This document shows, piece after piece, positions 13,763-23,970 of a stretch of 64,000 bases of DNA. The position numbers were made by a program, and so were the translations under genes. The DNA is taken from assembly GCA_963729625.1 (NCBI GenBank), contig CAVSOU010000011.1, forward strand, positions 736,001 to 800,000. Direction: 5' to 3'. The notes under the pieces are model-generated. The model was not told the origin of the DNA and did not search any database. It was given only the letters and a program-made list of their open reading frames with translations. The stretch is from an uncultured bacterium. Lineage in GTDB: Bacteria; Chloroflexota; UBA5177; JANWHV01. Position 1 is the first letter of the stretch, and each line of letters begins with the position of its first letter.

Positions 13763-14177
13763 TCCTCCGGTTTCGGCTCAGGTATATGATGCTGCAGCCG
13801 CTTGCACGAAAGCGACGTCCGCTCCCCACGGCACCAAACAGGCCGAGCTACTGCCGATAAGCTGCAGCGCTTCGGTTGCAGGTGATCCAGCACGTGCCCG
13901 TCATGCTGGCCCGCATCCCACTGGACTTGTCGCGCGAGTTACAAACTACGATACAACCTCAGCGGCTAATGCGCCGCGAGCAGTATCCGTTCGGACGCCG
14001 CCGGCAGCAGGCGGCGGGCGCCCGATGCGTGGCCTGGGCTCGACGCGCGAATGTGATGGCTGTGGGCGCCATCGCCGCTCCCTTACCTCCACGCGCACCA
14101 ATGACCTTCGCCAGGGCGTCTGCCGCGAGCGCGCCGCCGGCACGATTGTCGGTGGAGATAGTCGTTCCACATGAACT

Positions 14178-17100
14178 TCACGGCACATTCGCGCATGCCT
14201 TGCGGTATGGCAGGTCACCGAGGTACTCCTTCCATTCCTGGGCCGTTAGGTTGCGATTGGCGATCGCACAGGCACGTTGTGCCAGGGACGTGGGCCCGAT
14301 GGACCACAGCCGGAGAGGCGCGTCGGACACCCCGGCAGTGCCCGCGGCCAGCAGCCGGCCGTCCGGACTGAAGGCAAGGCTCGTGACCTTATCCCCGTGC
14401 CCGGCCAGAGCCGGGCCGAGTGTCTGCCCGGTCGCCAGGTCCCACAGGTGGATCGTGCCGTCGTCGCCACCGGACGCCAGGGTCTGGCCGTCGGGACTGA
14501 AGGCCACGCTGTACAGCGGGCTGGTGCTCGTGGTGAGGGGCAGACCCAGCGCTCGCCGGTGCCCCACATCCCACAGTCGGACCGCACAGTCGGCGGAGGC
14601 CAGGATCCGGCCATCCGGGCTGAATGCCAGGCTGTTCACCGGGCCGGTGCACCCCGTAAGCGGCCGACCGAGCAGCTGCCGCGTTGCCACACGCCACAGG
14701 CGTATGGTCCCGTCCTGGCCGCCGGAAGCCAGTGTCTGACCGTCCGGACTGAAGGCTACGCTCAGCACGGCACCTGCGTGCCCGGCGAGCGGCGGCCCGA
14801 TCGCTTGCCCGCGTACCGCATCCCACAGCCGGACGTTGCCGTCTCCGCCGCCGGTGGCCTCGATCCTGCCATCGGCACTGTATGCGGCGCTGCTGACGTC
14901 GTACAGTGCGTGGGCTGAGCCGATCGGCCGGCCGTTCCGCACGTCCCACCGGAGGAAGTTCGCGCCCCCGGCGGCCGGATCGGCGCCGGTAGCGGCCAGG
15001 GTGTTGCCGCCGGGACTGAAAGCCAAGCTCAACACTGATCCTGCGTCCCCGGCCAGGGGTGGACCGACCGGTTGGCCAGTCGTCACGCTCCACAAGCGAA
15101 CGGTCGCGTCAGCGCCGCCCGCCGCCAGGGTTGTGCCGTCTGGGCTGAAGGCCTCGCTACTGACCTGACCGACTGGCCCGGCAAGCACCCGGCTGAGGGC
15201 GCCGGCGCCCGTGGCGTCCCAGAGGCGCACCGTGCCGTCATCGCCGGTGGACACGAGCGTTTGGCCGTCGGGGCTGAAGGCGAGACCGTTCACCGGGCCG
15301 GTATGGCCGGTGAGGGGCGGATTGACCGGTTGCCAGGTCGCCGCGTTCCAGAGCCGGATAATCCCAACCTCGCCGCTCGCAGCGAGGAGCGTACCGTCCG
15401 GACTGAAGGCCACGGCATACACCGGGCCGGAGCCCGCGACGAGCACCTGGCGGGATAATCGCCGGCTCACCATATCCCACCGCAGGATCGCGCCCCCCTC
15501 GCTGCCGGCGGCGAGCGTGCGGCCGTCGGGACTGAAGGCCAGGCTTTGCGCGACGAACGTGGTCGCGCCGCGCAAGGGCGCCAAGAGCCTGTGCCGCGCC
15601 ACGTCCCACAGCGCGATAGTGCCGCCTTCGCCGCACGTAGCCAGGATCGTGCCGTCGGGGCTGAAGGCCACGGCATTCACGTACCAGAGCCCCGCGTGCA
15701 GCGGCGTGGCGAGCGCCCGGCGGCCCGCCGCGTCCCAGAGCTGGATCGTGCCGGAACCGTCGCCCGCCGCGAGAATCTTGCCATCCGGGCTGAAGGCCAC
15801 GCTGTTGACGGAACTGCGCTGTCCCGCCGGCAATGTCGCCAGCAGCCGCCGGCTCGCCACATTCCAGAGTTGTACCGTGCCATCGCTGCTCGCGGCGGCA
15901 AGCACCGTGCCGTCCGGGCTGAAGGCGAGGCTGCTCACCGCATCGGTATGGCCGGTGAGCGGCGGGCCGATGGCCTGGCGTTGTGCCAAGTCCCACAGCC
16001 GTACCGTACCGTCTTCGCTGCCGGAGGCGATAATCCCTCCCCTGGGGCTGAAGGCTAGGCTGCGCACGGGGCCGGCCTGCGCCGCGAGAAATGCCAGCAG
16101 GCGCGGATTGTAGTCGATGGCGCGGATCAAGCCGGCATGGGTTTGCGCCGAGCCGTTCAATCGGTCGGCTTCCGTGCTCAGCAGCAGCGCGACCTGCAGG
16201 TTGCTGCCCAGCAACGTGCCGGCCCGCAAATCCAGGTCGCGCACCAGCTCGGCGACCGCCGCATCGCGGGCGGCCACCGCGCGTGTCCGTTCATTCGAAG
16301 CCACCGAGGCGTTGGTGAGGGCCACGATGCCCAAGGCCGCGGCGACCAGCAGGAAGAGGGCCAGCACCGCGGCGAGCAGGCGCAGCCGCGTGCCCGCCAG
16401 GCGCGCGAGCCCCAACTCGCGCGCCTGCCGCGCTTGCTCCCCCGCCGCCTGTTCGTGCTCCGCCCTCTCGGCCGCCGTGAGGAAGGCATGCTCCTCGGCA
16501 CTCGGCGTGTTCCGCGCCGCCCAGGCCCGTGCCTCTACCAGGACGGTGCCGCGATAGAGATGGTCGCTGGGCTGGCCACGCCGGGCCCAGACGGCGGCGT
16601 CGGCGCTGATCGTCTGCTGCAGGCGCACGTCTTCCCGCGCCTCGTGCAGCCAGCCCGACAGCCGCGGCCACTCGCGAATCAGCGCCTCGTGACTGACCTC
16701 CACGCGGCTGGTGCCGCCCTGCTCGCTCGCGGTCAGCAGCCGCGCCAGCACGAAGGCGTCTGCCACCTCGCGCATCAGCGCAGTCTGCCCGGTGTCGGAC
16801 AGGATCAGCTCGCTCACTGCCGCTCGCCGGCGGGTCGTGTCCTGCTCGGTGGCGCCCGGGTCGATCAGCCGCAGGAAAAGCGCCCGCGCCAGATGTCGAT
16901 GATCGTCGGTGGGCAGCGCGGTGTAGGTCGCCTCGGCCTGCCGGCTCATCGCGCCGCGCACGCCGCCCAGCTCCTCGTAGGCGGCCACGGTCAGGGTCGT
17001 TCCCTGGCGGCGCGCGACGAGCTGCTCGAGGGTGAACTCGAGCAGGGGCAGCGCCCCCGCCTGGCCTGCCACCTCTAAAGCAGATCGCCCACCAGGCTGG

Positions 17101-18567
17101 GCTCGAAGCGAGACTGCACGTCGGGCAGGGCAGCAGGCCGCTCGACGGCCTCCCGCAGCTCGGCCACGCTCATCGGCACCACGACCTTGCCGTGCGTCTC
17201 CAGCAGGGCCGCGAGACCGGGATAGGCCAGTGGCCGGTCATAGAAGTCGGCACGCAGGGTGAGGATGGCTAGCAGCGGGCCGCGCGGCTCGCCGACCGCC
17301 GTGAGCAGGAGGTCGATGAATTGCCGGCGTTCCTCCTCATCCGTGGTGAGCGTGAACAGCTCCTCGAGCTGGTCGACCACCAGCACCACCCGCTGGTCGG
17401 GATGAGGGGCCAGTTGCCGCGCCCAGAGGTGCAGGCCACGGGCGTCCTCGGCGCCGAGGTCCTCCCGCAGGGCATGGATGCTGCGCTCACCCTTGCCTGC
17501 CAGGGCCACGGCCAGGGCCTCCAGGGGCCGGGCGCCGGGGAGGACCGGATCGAGGTAGACCCAGCTCTCGCTGCCGGGCAGGGCGCCCGCCTTGAGGCGC
17601 GGGAGGAGCCCGGCGCGCACCAGGCTGGACTTGCCCGAGCCGCTCGGTCCCACCACGGCCAGCAGGCGGGCCGGCGCGGCCTGCGCCGTAGCCAGGATGG
17701 ACGCAACCGCCTCCACCAGCGTCTGCACGAAGGCGGCCCGCCCGAAGAAGTCGCCCGCGTCCTCCTCGCCGAACGCGCGCAGGCCCTTGTACGGGTTGCG
17801 TGGCGCCACCGGCGCGGCCGGTGCGCGCAACGGATTCCTCCAGGCAGGGAGAGTGGCGCGCCTATCGCGGCGACGATGGCGGCGATTGCCTCGGCATAGC
17901 GCGCCCCGCGGGCATCCACGTAGGGCACGCTGGCCAGTCCCACCGGCACACAGTCCTGCCACTCCTCCCCCGCCGACCAGATTGGCACGATGGGGCGGCC
18001 GTACATCTCGGCCAGGCTGAGCTCCCTGAGGACCCAGCGCGATGAGCGGGTAGCGGGCGACGCCACCAGCAGCACAGCCCGGCAGGCGCGCATGGCCGTC
18101 CGCATCGCTTCCGGCCGGCCCGCCCCGGATTGCGGCTGAGAGTGCTCCGACCAGCCTGCGACACCGTTCGCGGCGAGGTCAGCCTGCAGCCGCGCCACAA
18201 AGTCGCCGTCCTCCACCGCATGCGAGAGGACTGCGGAGGGCGTGTCCGCCCCCTTGTGCACGTGCTGGGCGAGCGGCGGCTGGGCCTCGTCGCCGAAGCG
18301 CTCCCACAGTTCCGGCGCGGCTGTAGTCGTCTCCTGCCAGGTACGGGCAGCGGCGAGAAGACGGTCGCCGTCGGCGGCCGGCAGGCCGAGGGCTTTGGCG
18401 AGCCGGTGTACCGTGTCGGGATAGGGGCGGTGCGCGCCCTGCTCCAGGTACTTGAGCGCGCGCGTGCTCAGCTCCGCCCGCTCAGCCAACTCCTCCTGCG
18501 TCAGGTTGGCGGCGCGTCGATACCCCCGAAGGAGCGCTCCAAATACCTGCGCCTGTGTGCCCGCCAT
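14178..18567 (-). CDS. XRE-HTH / TIR / nSTAND1 NTPase / TM / 14xWD40 NLR-like protein, split by two apparent 1-bp deletions (~17850 and ~17075)
   Basis: FGALLRGYRRAANLTQEELAERAEL (HTH); LSHAVEDGDFVARLQADL...SRWVLREL (TIR); NPYKGLRAF...GPSGSGKSS...LVVDQLEELF...LTLRADFY (nSTAND1); hydrophobic helix LRLLAAVLALFLLVAAALGIVAL; 14 AFSP/WD repeats; about 1463 aa if repaired. Confidence 0.88.
18157..18299 (+). repeat. 143-bp segment of linker/TIR-coding DNA, source copy
   Basis: Matches 19772-19914 with 3 substitutions. Confidence 0.95.
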
Positions 18568-18887
18568 CTTCTCGCGCCGTCGCGCCTTCCCCGGTCGCGC
18601 GTTCGCACCGCTTTCCGTCGCTTTCTGCGCACCATCATAGCACAGCCGTCTCACTACTTTTCCCCTAACTTTGCCCGTGCTTTGCCTGGTGTGACGCGCG
18701 CGCAGGGTGCACGCTAGCGGTGTTGATACTCGTGCATCGAGGCCGATCCGATCGGCGTTTCCGGCTACCGGCACGGGGGCATATCGCGATAGTTCGTGCA
18801 GGAGGGGACCGTGCCGATCGTCCCGGCAAACCAGGAGGTCATCGATCAAACGAGCACCCGATGGGACTGAAACAGAAGGAGACGGGA

Positions 18888-19580
18888 ATGAAACGCACTT
18901 GGAAGGTGGTAGCAGTTCTGGCGGTCGCGCTCGCCCTCGCCGCGACTGGACCCATGCGGGCCGCCGAGGCGGGGAGTTCGCAGCCCCATGTGTTCTCGCC
19001 CCAGTTGCGCCCCTACGGTCACTCGTACAGCGAATGGGAAGTCCGGCTCGACCAGTGGCAATTCGCCATACCCGCATCGGAGAACCCCGGTTTGGTCCAT
19101 ACCGGTGCGCACTGCGCCGAGGGTCAGTCCGGCCCGGTCTGGTACCTCATCGCGCCCATGTACGCCACCGATACCCAGACCTGCACGGTGCCTGCCGGCA
19201 AGGCGTTCCTCATTAGTCCGGCTGGCTGGGAGTGTTCGACGGCTGAAGGAGGCGGCGACACCTCTGCGGCACTGCGTGACTGCGCCAGGAAGGACCAGGA
19301 TACGGTGACAATAGCCAACGTCACAATAGATGGGGTGCACCTCACGAACCTGCTCACCCGCTATCGGTTCGTTACCCCCCTGTTCACCTTCAAGTATCCT
19401 GCTGACAACATGCTGCAGCAGGTGCCTGGGCCTGGCACCACCGCGTCGGTCGGTGACGGCATCGTCGTCATGCTGGCTCCGCTGGCCGCGGGACATCACA
19501 CGCTCGAAATGGGCTCCCGGTCTGTCGCTCCTCACTCGATGGCTGGAGGAGTCACCTACCACCTGACGGTTAGCCGCTGA
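18888..19580 (+). CDS. Secreted Cys-containing hypothetical protein, paralogue 1
   Basis: Signal peptide; PYGHSYSEW...W..AIP..NP...TGAHC..GQSGPVWYL...TCTVPAGKA...ECST...YHLTV; AAGGAG RBS. Confidence 0.85.
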   Translation: MKRTWKVVAVLAVALALAATGPMRAAEAGSSQPHVFSPQLRPYGHSYSEWEVRLDQWQFAIPASENPGLVHTGAHCAEGQSGPVWYLIAPMYATDTQTCTVPAGKAFLISPAGWECSTAEGGGDTSAALRDCARKDQDTVTIANVTIDGVHLTNLLTRYRFVTPLFTFKYPADNMLQQVPGPGTTASVGDGIVVMLAPLAAGHHTLEMGSRSVAPHSMAGGVTYHLTVSR

Positions 19581-19702
19581 TCGGCGTGTTCCTGGCGGCA
19601 CCCGCCGACTGCCTCAGGGCCTGCTGCATGACAGGCCCTAACATGCCAGGCAGAAACCGGCCAGTGCAGACAGCGTTCGGGTTGCATCATGATGAGAAGA
19701 CC

Positions 19703-19945
19703 GTGAAACGCATGAAGAAGCTGGGAGCGGTACTGGTGGCCATGCTCACTGTCGTGACCCTGGGATCGGCATGCGACACCGTTCGCGGCGAGGTCAGCCT
19801 GCAGCCGCGCCACAAAGTCGCCGTCCTCCACTGCATGCGAGAGGACGGCGGAGGGCGTGTCCGCCCCCTTGTGCACGTGCTGGGCGAGCGGCGGCTGGGC
19901 CTCATCGCCGAAGCCATCAAGCAAGCCGGCACACGTGCGGGCTGA
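19703..19945 (+). pseudogene. Signal-peptide stub of another paralogue fused to antisense TIR DNA (80-aa chimeric ORF)
   Basis: MKRMKKLGAVLVAMLTVVTLGSA resembles the paralogue signal peptides, then switches at 19772 into the 143-bp repeat. Confidence 0.55.
19772..19914 (+). repeat. Second copy of the 143-bp TIR-coding segment
   Basis: 140/143 identical to 18157-18299, same + orientation. Confidence 0.95.
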
Positions 19946-19962
19946 AACTGAAGGAGATGGAA

Positions 19963-20638
19963 ATGAAAAGCACATGGAGGGTGGTAGCAGTTCTGGCGGT
20001 CGCGCTCAGCCCTCGTCGCAATGGGACCCATGCGGGCCGTCGAGGCGGGGAGTCCGCAGCTTCATGTGTTCTCGCCCCAGTCACGCCCCTACGGCCACAC
20101 GTACAGCGAATGGGCCGTACGGTGGTGGCAGTGGGATCTCGCCATACCTTCTACGAGTAACCCTCTGACCGATGACTCCGGTGCGCATTGCGCCATAGGA
20201 CAGTCCGGTCCCGTCTGGTACCTCAGCGGGACGGCCGCCGGCGGCACCGATTGTGCGGACCTGCACGGTGCCTTCCGGCAAGGCACTACTCATCTTGGCG
20301 GCGGGCTCAGAGTGTTCGACCGTGGAAGGAGCTGGCGACACCTTTGAGGCACTACGTGCCTGCACCAGGAAGTACACCGATGAGAGTGACAGAGAGCTGA
20401 CATCACGGCGGATGGTGTTGACATTTCACACCTGCTCACACGTTACCGGTTCGCGACCTCCATGTTCACCTTTGCATATCCCAAGGACTTCATCTGTGAG
20501 GCAAGCACCTGCGCCGGCGGTGGGACATCGTATATGCTTGCTCCGCTAGCGGCGGGACAGCGCGCAATCGAGTGCGCGGCGGTCTGGCCTCCCGCTCGAT
20601 GGCGGGACAGTAAGATCCATCTGACGATTGGCCGCTGA
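19963..20638 (+). pseudogene. Secreted protein paralogue 2, multiply frameshifted (possibly an assembly artefact)
   Basis: MKSTWRVVAV.../PYGHTYSEWAVRWWQWDLAIP...GQSGPVWYL/RTCTVPSGKA in different frames; 3' part is a deleted version of paralogue 3. Confidence 0.7.
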
Positions 20639-20771
20639 GCAGCGCCAGCGGCGCGCCGTGGTGCCGCTGCAACGGCCTGCATGCAGAAGGCCAAAAAAGA
20701 AAGAGAGTGAAACGCATGAAGGGAGAGGACGAGAAAAGAAAAAGAGGTGAGACAGGGATAGGCACCGAAAT

Positions 20772-20893
20772 CGTTCGCGGCGAGGTCAGCCTGCAGCTGC
20801 AAAAAGCGTCTGCACGCATGCGAGAGGACGGCGGAGGCGTGTCGCCCCCGTGCACGTGCTGGGCGAGCGGCGTCAGGGCGTGATCGGCGAAGC
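20772..20893 (+). repeat. Third, degraded copy of the TIR-coding segment
   Basis: cgttcgcggcgaggtcagcctgcag...catgcgagaggacggcggag...gtgcacgtgctgggcgagcggcg with many small deletions. Confidence 0.8.
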
Positions 20894-20937
20894 TAAGAAG
20901 CCGGTATATGTGCGGGCTGAACTGTAAGGAGAAAGAT

Positions 20938-21642
20938 ATGACAGCACATGGAGGAAGCTAGCAGCGTTGCTGGCAGTCATGCTCGCCATCCTCGCAATGG
21001 GACCGGCGCCTGCCGCCGCGCGCGGCAAGCCGCACCGATTCACGTCTTCCCGCCCCAGGCACGCCCGTACGGCCACACGTACAGCGAATGGGCCGTACGG
21101 TACTGGCAGTGGGATCTGGCCATACCCGTCTACGCAGTAACCCTCTGACTCGATAACTTCGGTGCACACTGCGCCGTAGGACCAGTCCGGTCCCGGTCTG
21201 GTACCTCAGCGGGACGGCCGCCGGCGGCACCATTGTGCGGACCTGCACGGTGCCTTCCGGCAAGGCACTACTCATCTTGGCGGCGGGCTCAGAGTGTTCG
21301 ACCGTGGAAGGAGCTGGCGACACCTTTGAGGCACTACGTGCCTGCGCCAGGAAGTACACCGATGGAGTGACAGAAGCTGACATCACGGCGGATGGTGTTG
21401 ACATTTCACACCTGCTCACACGTTACCGGTTCGCGACCTCCATGTTCACCTTTGCATATCCCAAGGACTTCATCTTTGGCAAGGTCCCTGCGCCCGGGAC
21501 GAGCAAATCGGTGGCTGACATCATGTTCATCATGCTTGCTCCGCTGGCGGCGGGACAGCACGCAATCGAGGTGCGCGGCCGGTCTGGCCCTCCCGCTGCG
21601 ATGGCCTGGGACATTAAGTACCATCTGACGATTGGCCGCTGA
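20938..21642 (+). pseudogene. Secreted protein paralogue 3, frameshifted 5' half and clean 3' half (21235-21642)
   Basis: 5' end is a mosaic of paralogues 2 and 4; 3' ORF RTCTVPSGKA...ECSTVEG...YHLTIGR. Confidence 0.7.
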
Positions 21643-21778
21643 GCAGCGCCAGCCCGGCGCTGCGCACAAAATGTCCCGGTGCCTCGCTGCACGGCCTGCC
21701 GATGCAGGGCCCTGGCGCGGGTCAGGACGCGATCGGCGAAGCTAGCCGGTATTCGGGCTGAACTGTATGGAGAAAGCC

Positions 21779-22498
21779 ATGACACACATGAGGAAGCTCG
21801 CAGCCTTGCTCGCAGTCATGCTCGCCATCCTCGCCTTGGGACCGGCGCCTGCCGCCCGCGCGGCAAGCGCACCGCTTCATGTCTTTCCGCCCCAAGCGCG
21901 CCCCTATGGTCACACGTACACGGAATGGGAAATCCGATTCTGGCAGTGGTTGAATGCGATACCTGTGCCGCAGAACCCCTGGCTGGATAGCACTGGCGCG
22001 CACTGCGCGGTAGGCCAGTCCGGCCCGGCCTGGTACCTCCTCGACAACCTGGGCGTCGCCCATCCCGTTGTCCGCACCTGCACGGTACCGGCCGGCACAG
22101 CGCTGTTCGTCGCGCCGGGCATCGAGGGGTGTGCCACCGCGAATGGGGACGGCGATAGCTACGAGGCATTGCGCAAATGCACCGAAGGTTATGCCGCTAC
22201 GGCGACAGGAGCTGACGTTACGGTGGATGGGATTCACATCCCGAACGTGTTCACCCGCTACTTCTTCATGACCCCCCTCTTCACCTTCAAGTATCCCGCT
22301 CACAGCCTGCTGGACTATCCGAGTGCCTTGGGTCCCAGCGATGTGCCTGCGCCTGGGCCTGGGATCACCAAGTCAGTGGGTGGCGGCAACTTCGTCATGC
22401 TGGCGCCGCTTGCAGCGGGGCGGCACACGCTTGACCTGCGCGCCTGGGGTAGCTCGTGGGCCATAGAAACCACGTACCATCTGACGATCGGCCGCTGA
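21779..22498 (+). CDS. Secreted Cys-containing hypothetical protein, paralogue 4
   Basis: Signal peptide; PYGHTYTEW.IRFWQW..AIP..NP..DSTGAHC..GQSGPAWYL...RTCTVPAG...YHLTIGR. Confidence 0.85.
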   Translation: MTHMRKLAALLAVMLAILALGPAPAARAASAPLHVFPPQARPYGHTYTEWEIRFWQWLNAIPVPQNPWLDSTGAHCAVGQSGPAWYLLDNLGVAHPVVRTCTVPAGTALFVAPGIEGCATANGDGDSYEALRKCTEGYAATATGADVTVDGIHIPNVFTRYFFMTPLFTFKYPAHSLLDYPSALGPSDVPAPGPGITKSVGGGNFVMLAPLAAGRHTLDLRAWGSSWAIETTYHLTIGR

Positions 22499-22528
22499 GT
22501 CACGCGGGCCAGGCGTTGCGCGCAGATC

Positions 22529-22575
22529 GCCCTAGGACCCGCTGCACCGGTGGCCGATGAAGCGGGTCCTAGGGC
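22529..22575. terminator. Strong hairpin between convergent genes
   Basis: 15-bp perfect stem GCCCTAGGACCCGCT / AGCGGGTCCTAGGGC. Confidence 0.75.
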
Positions 22576-22619
22576 AAGTCAACCATATGCTTCGAGGCAG
22601 CGGAAGCCCCGGAGCCGCT

Positions 22620-23819
22620 TCAGTCACGGGCCGACTCATCCTTTACGTAGGCCTCCAGAGCGTCGATCAGCGTATCGAGATCTTCCTCAGAGGTGAAATA
22701 CGGCGTTGAGATGCGGATCCCGTTGTGTTCGGGCACCAATCGGGTGATGATCTGCCGCTGCCAGAGCGCGGTCTGGAGCAGCTTCGCCTCAACTCCTTCG
22801 ATGGAGAACGACGTGATAGCCGACGAGTTCTCCCAAGCGTCGGGCGTGAGCACGGTCGTGCCCGGCACAGTGCGGAGCCGGACTCGAAGGTACCCTGCCA
22901 GCGCGCGCTCGCGCTGCTCGACCCAATCCCAGCCCAGGCTGTCGATCCAGGCGACGGCATCCGCGAGGACGGACACCACGGCGAGATTCTGGGTGCCGGA
23001 CTCAAACATGTGGCGAGCGTCGCGGTGGCTCAGCATGTCCTCAATTGCATCGCCGCCGGGCTCCTCTATGCCGCCGGCCATGTACGGCGGCGACAGCAGA
23101 GGCCACGTCGAGTCGCGTGCAACCACTATGCCGGACCCTTTGGGACCGCCCAACCACTTATGGCCGTTGCTCACGTAGAAATCACAGCCGATCGCCGGTA
23201 CCGAGACTCGCCACTGGCCAAGTTCTTGCGTGCCGTCGACGAGTGTCAACATAGGACGGTTGCGTCCAACCGCATTGAGCGTGTCGATCATCGCGCAGAT
23301 CGCCGCTGCGGGCAGGCGGATACCGGTCTGCGAGCTGACGTGGCTAAAGGCCACCATGCGGGTGTGTTCTGTGATCTGTGCCTCGACATTGCGTATGGTC
23401 ACCGCGGGATCGGTGTCAACCTCAAACGTTCGCTTTGCAAACAGGCCGCGTCGCGATCCGTATTCCCAGGGAAAAGACAGTGCGGGATGCTCCTGATCAG
23501 AAATGACCACCTCGTCGCCGGGCCGCCAGGCGAGGCTGCCAAAAACATAGTTGATTCCGTCGGTGGCATTGCGGCCGAAGGCAAGCCAGCTCGGCGGCAC
23601 GCCGAGAATTCCGGCCACCGCCGGGCGCGCCTTGGCGTATTGGGGAACATCGCGGTCGTCATAGTGTCGATGGCCGTAGTGCGCCGTGAGCGAGATCAGG
23701 TCCAGGTAGCGATCGAGCACCGGCTGCGGGGTCAGGCCGTGAGTGGCTTCGTTGAGGTAGGTCATCGACTGGAGTCCGGGAAAGGCGCCCCGCACGTCGG
23801 CGATAGGGTTCATCTGCAT
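22620..23819 (-). CDS. Class V PLP-dependent aminotransferase/lyase (C-S lyase or CefD-like)
   Basis: YLNEATHG, RNATDGIN, DQEHP, DGTQ, GHKWLGGPKGSG; no desulfurase catalytic Cys loop visible. Confidence 0.88.
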   Translation of the reverse strand: MQMNPIADVRGAFPGLQSMTYLNEATHGLTPQPVLDRYLDLISLTAHYGHRHYDDRDVPQYAKARPAVAGILGVPPSWLAFGRNATDGINYVFGSLAWRPGDEVVISDQEHPALSFPWEYGSRRGLFAKRTFEVDTDPAVTIRNVEAQITEHTRMVAFSHVSSQTGIRLPAAAICAMIDTLNAVGRNRPMLTLVDGTQELGQWRVSVPAIGCDFYVSNGHKWLGGPKGSGIVVARDSTWPLLSPPYMAGGIEEPGGDAIEDMLSHRDARHMFESGTQNLAVVSVLADAVAWIDSLGWDWVEQRERALAGYLRVRLRTVPGTTVLTPDAWENSSAITSFSIEGVEAKLLQTALWQRQIITRLVPEHNGIRISTPYFTSEEDLDTLIDALEAYVKDESARD

Positions 23820-23970
23820 TGTCGACCTTGCATCCTCGTCTGTGCGGCGGATCAATATCATGTCACATTCATGTATGTGCAACTCAGCACGACCGGCGCG
23901 AAATGTGGGTCGCACACTGCGACCCACATGTATGCTTCGGGATCGTTACCCATACACGACGCAGGATACT

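Noticed and set aside
14300-16080. Periodic ggactgaaggc/gggctgaaggc repeats as a CRISPR array
   Set aside because: They are the AFSP codons of WD40 repeats inside a CDS, with ~125-130 bp period and no cas genes.
18157-20893. TIR-segment repeats as a diversity-generating retroelement TR/VR pair
   Set aside because: No reverse transcriptase in the window; the three differences (C/T, T/G, G/A) are not adenine-specific on one strand; the target is not a C-terminal variable region.
22620-23819. Cysteine desulfurase (SufS/IscS) call
   Set aside because: The catalytic Cys motifs (RxGHHC or SSGSAC) are absent.
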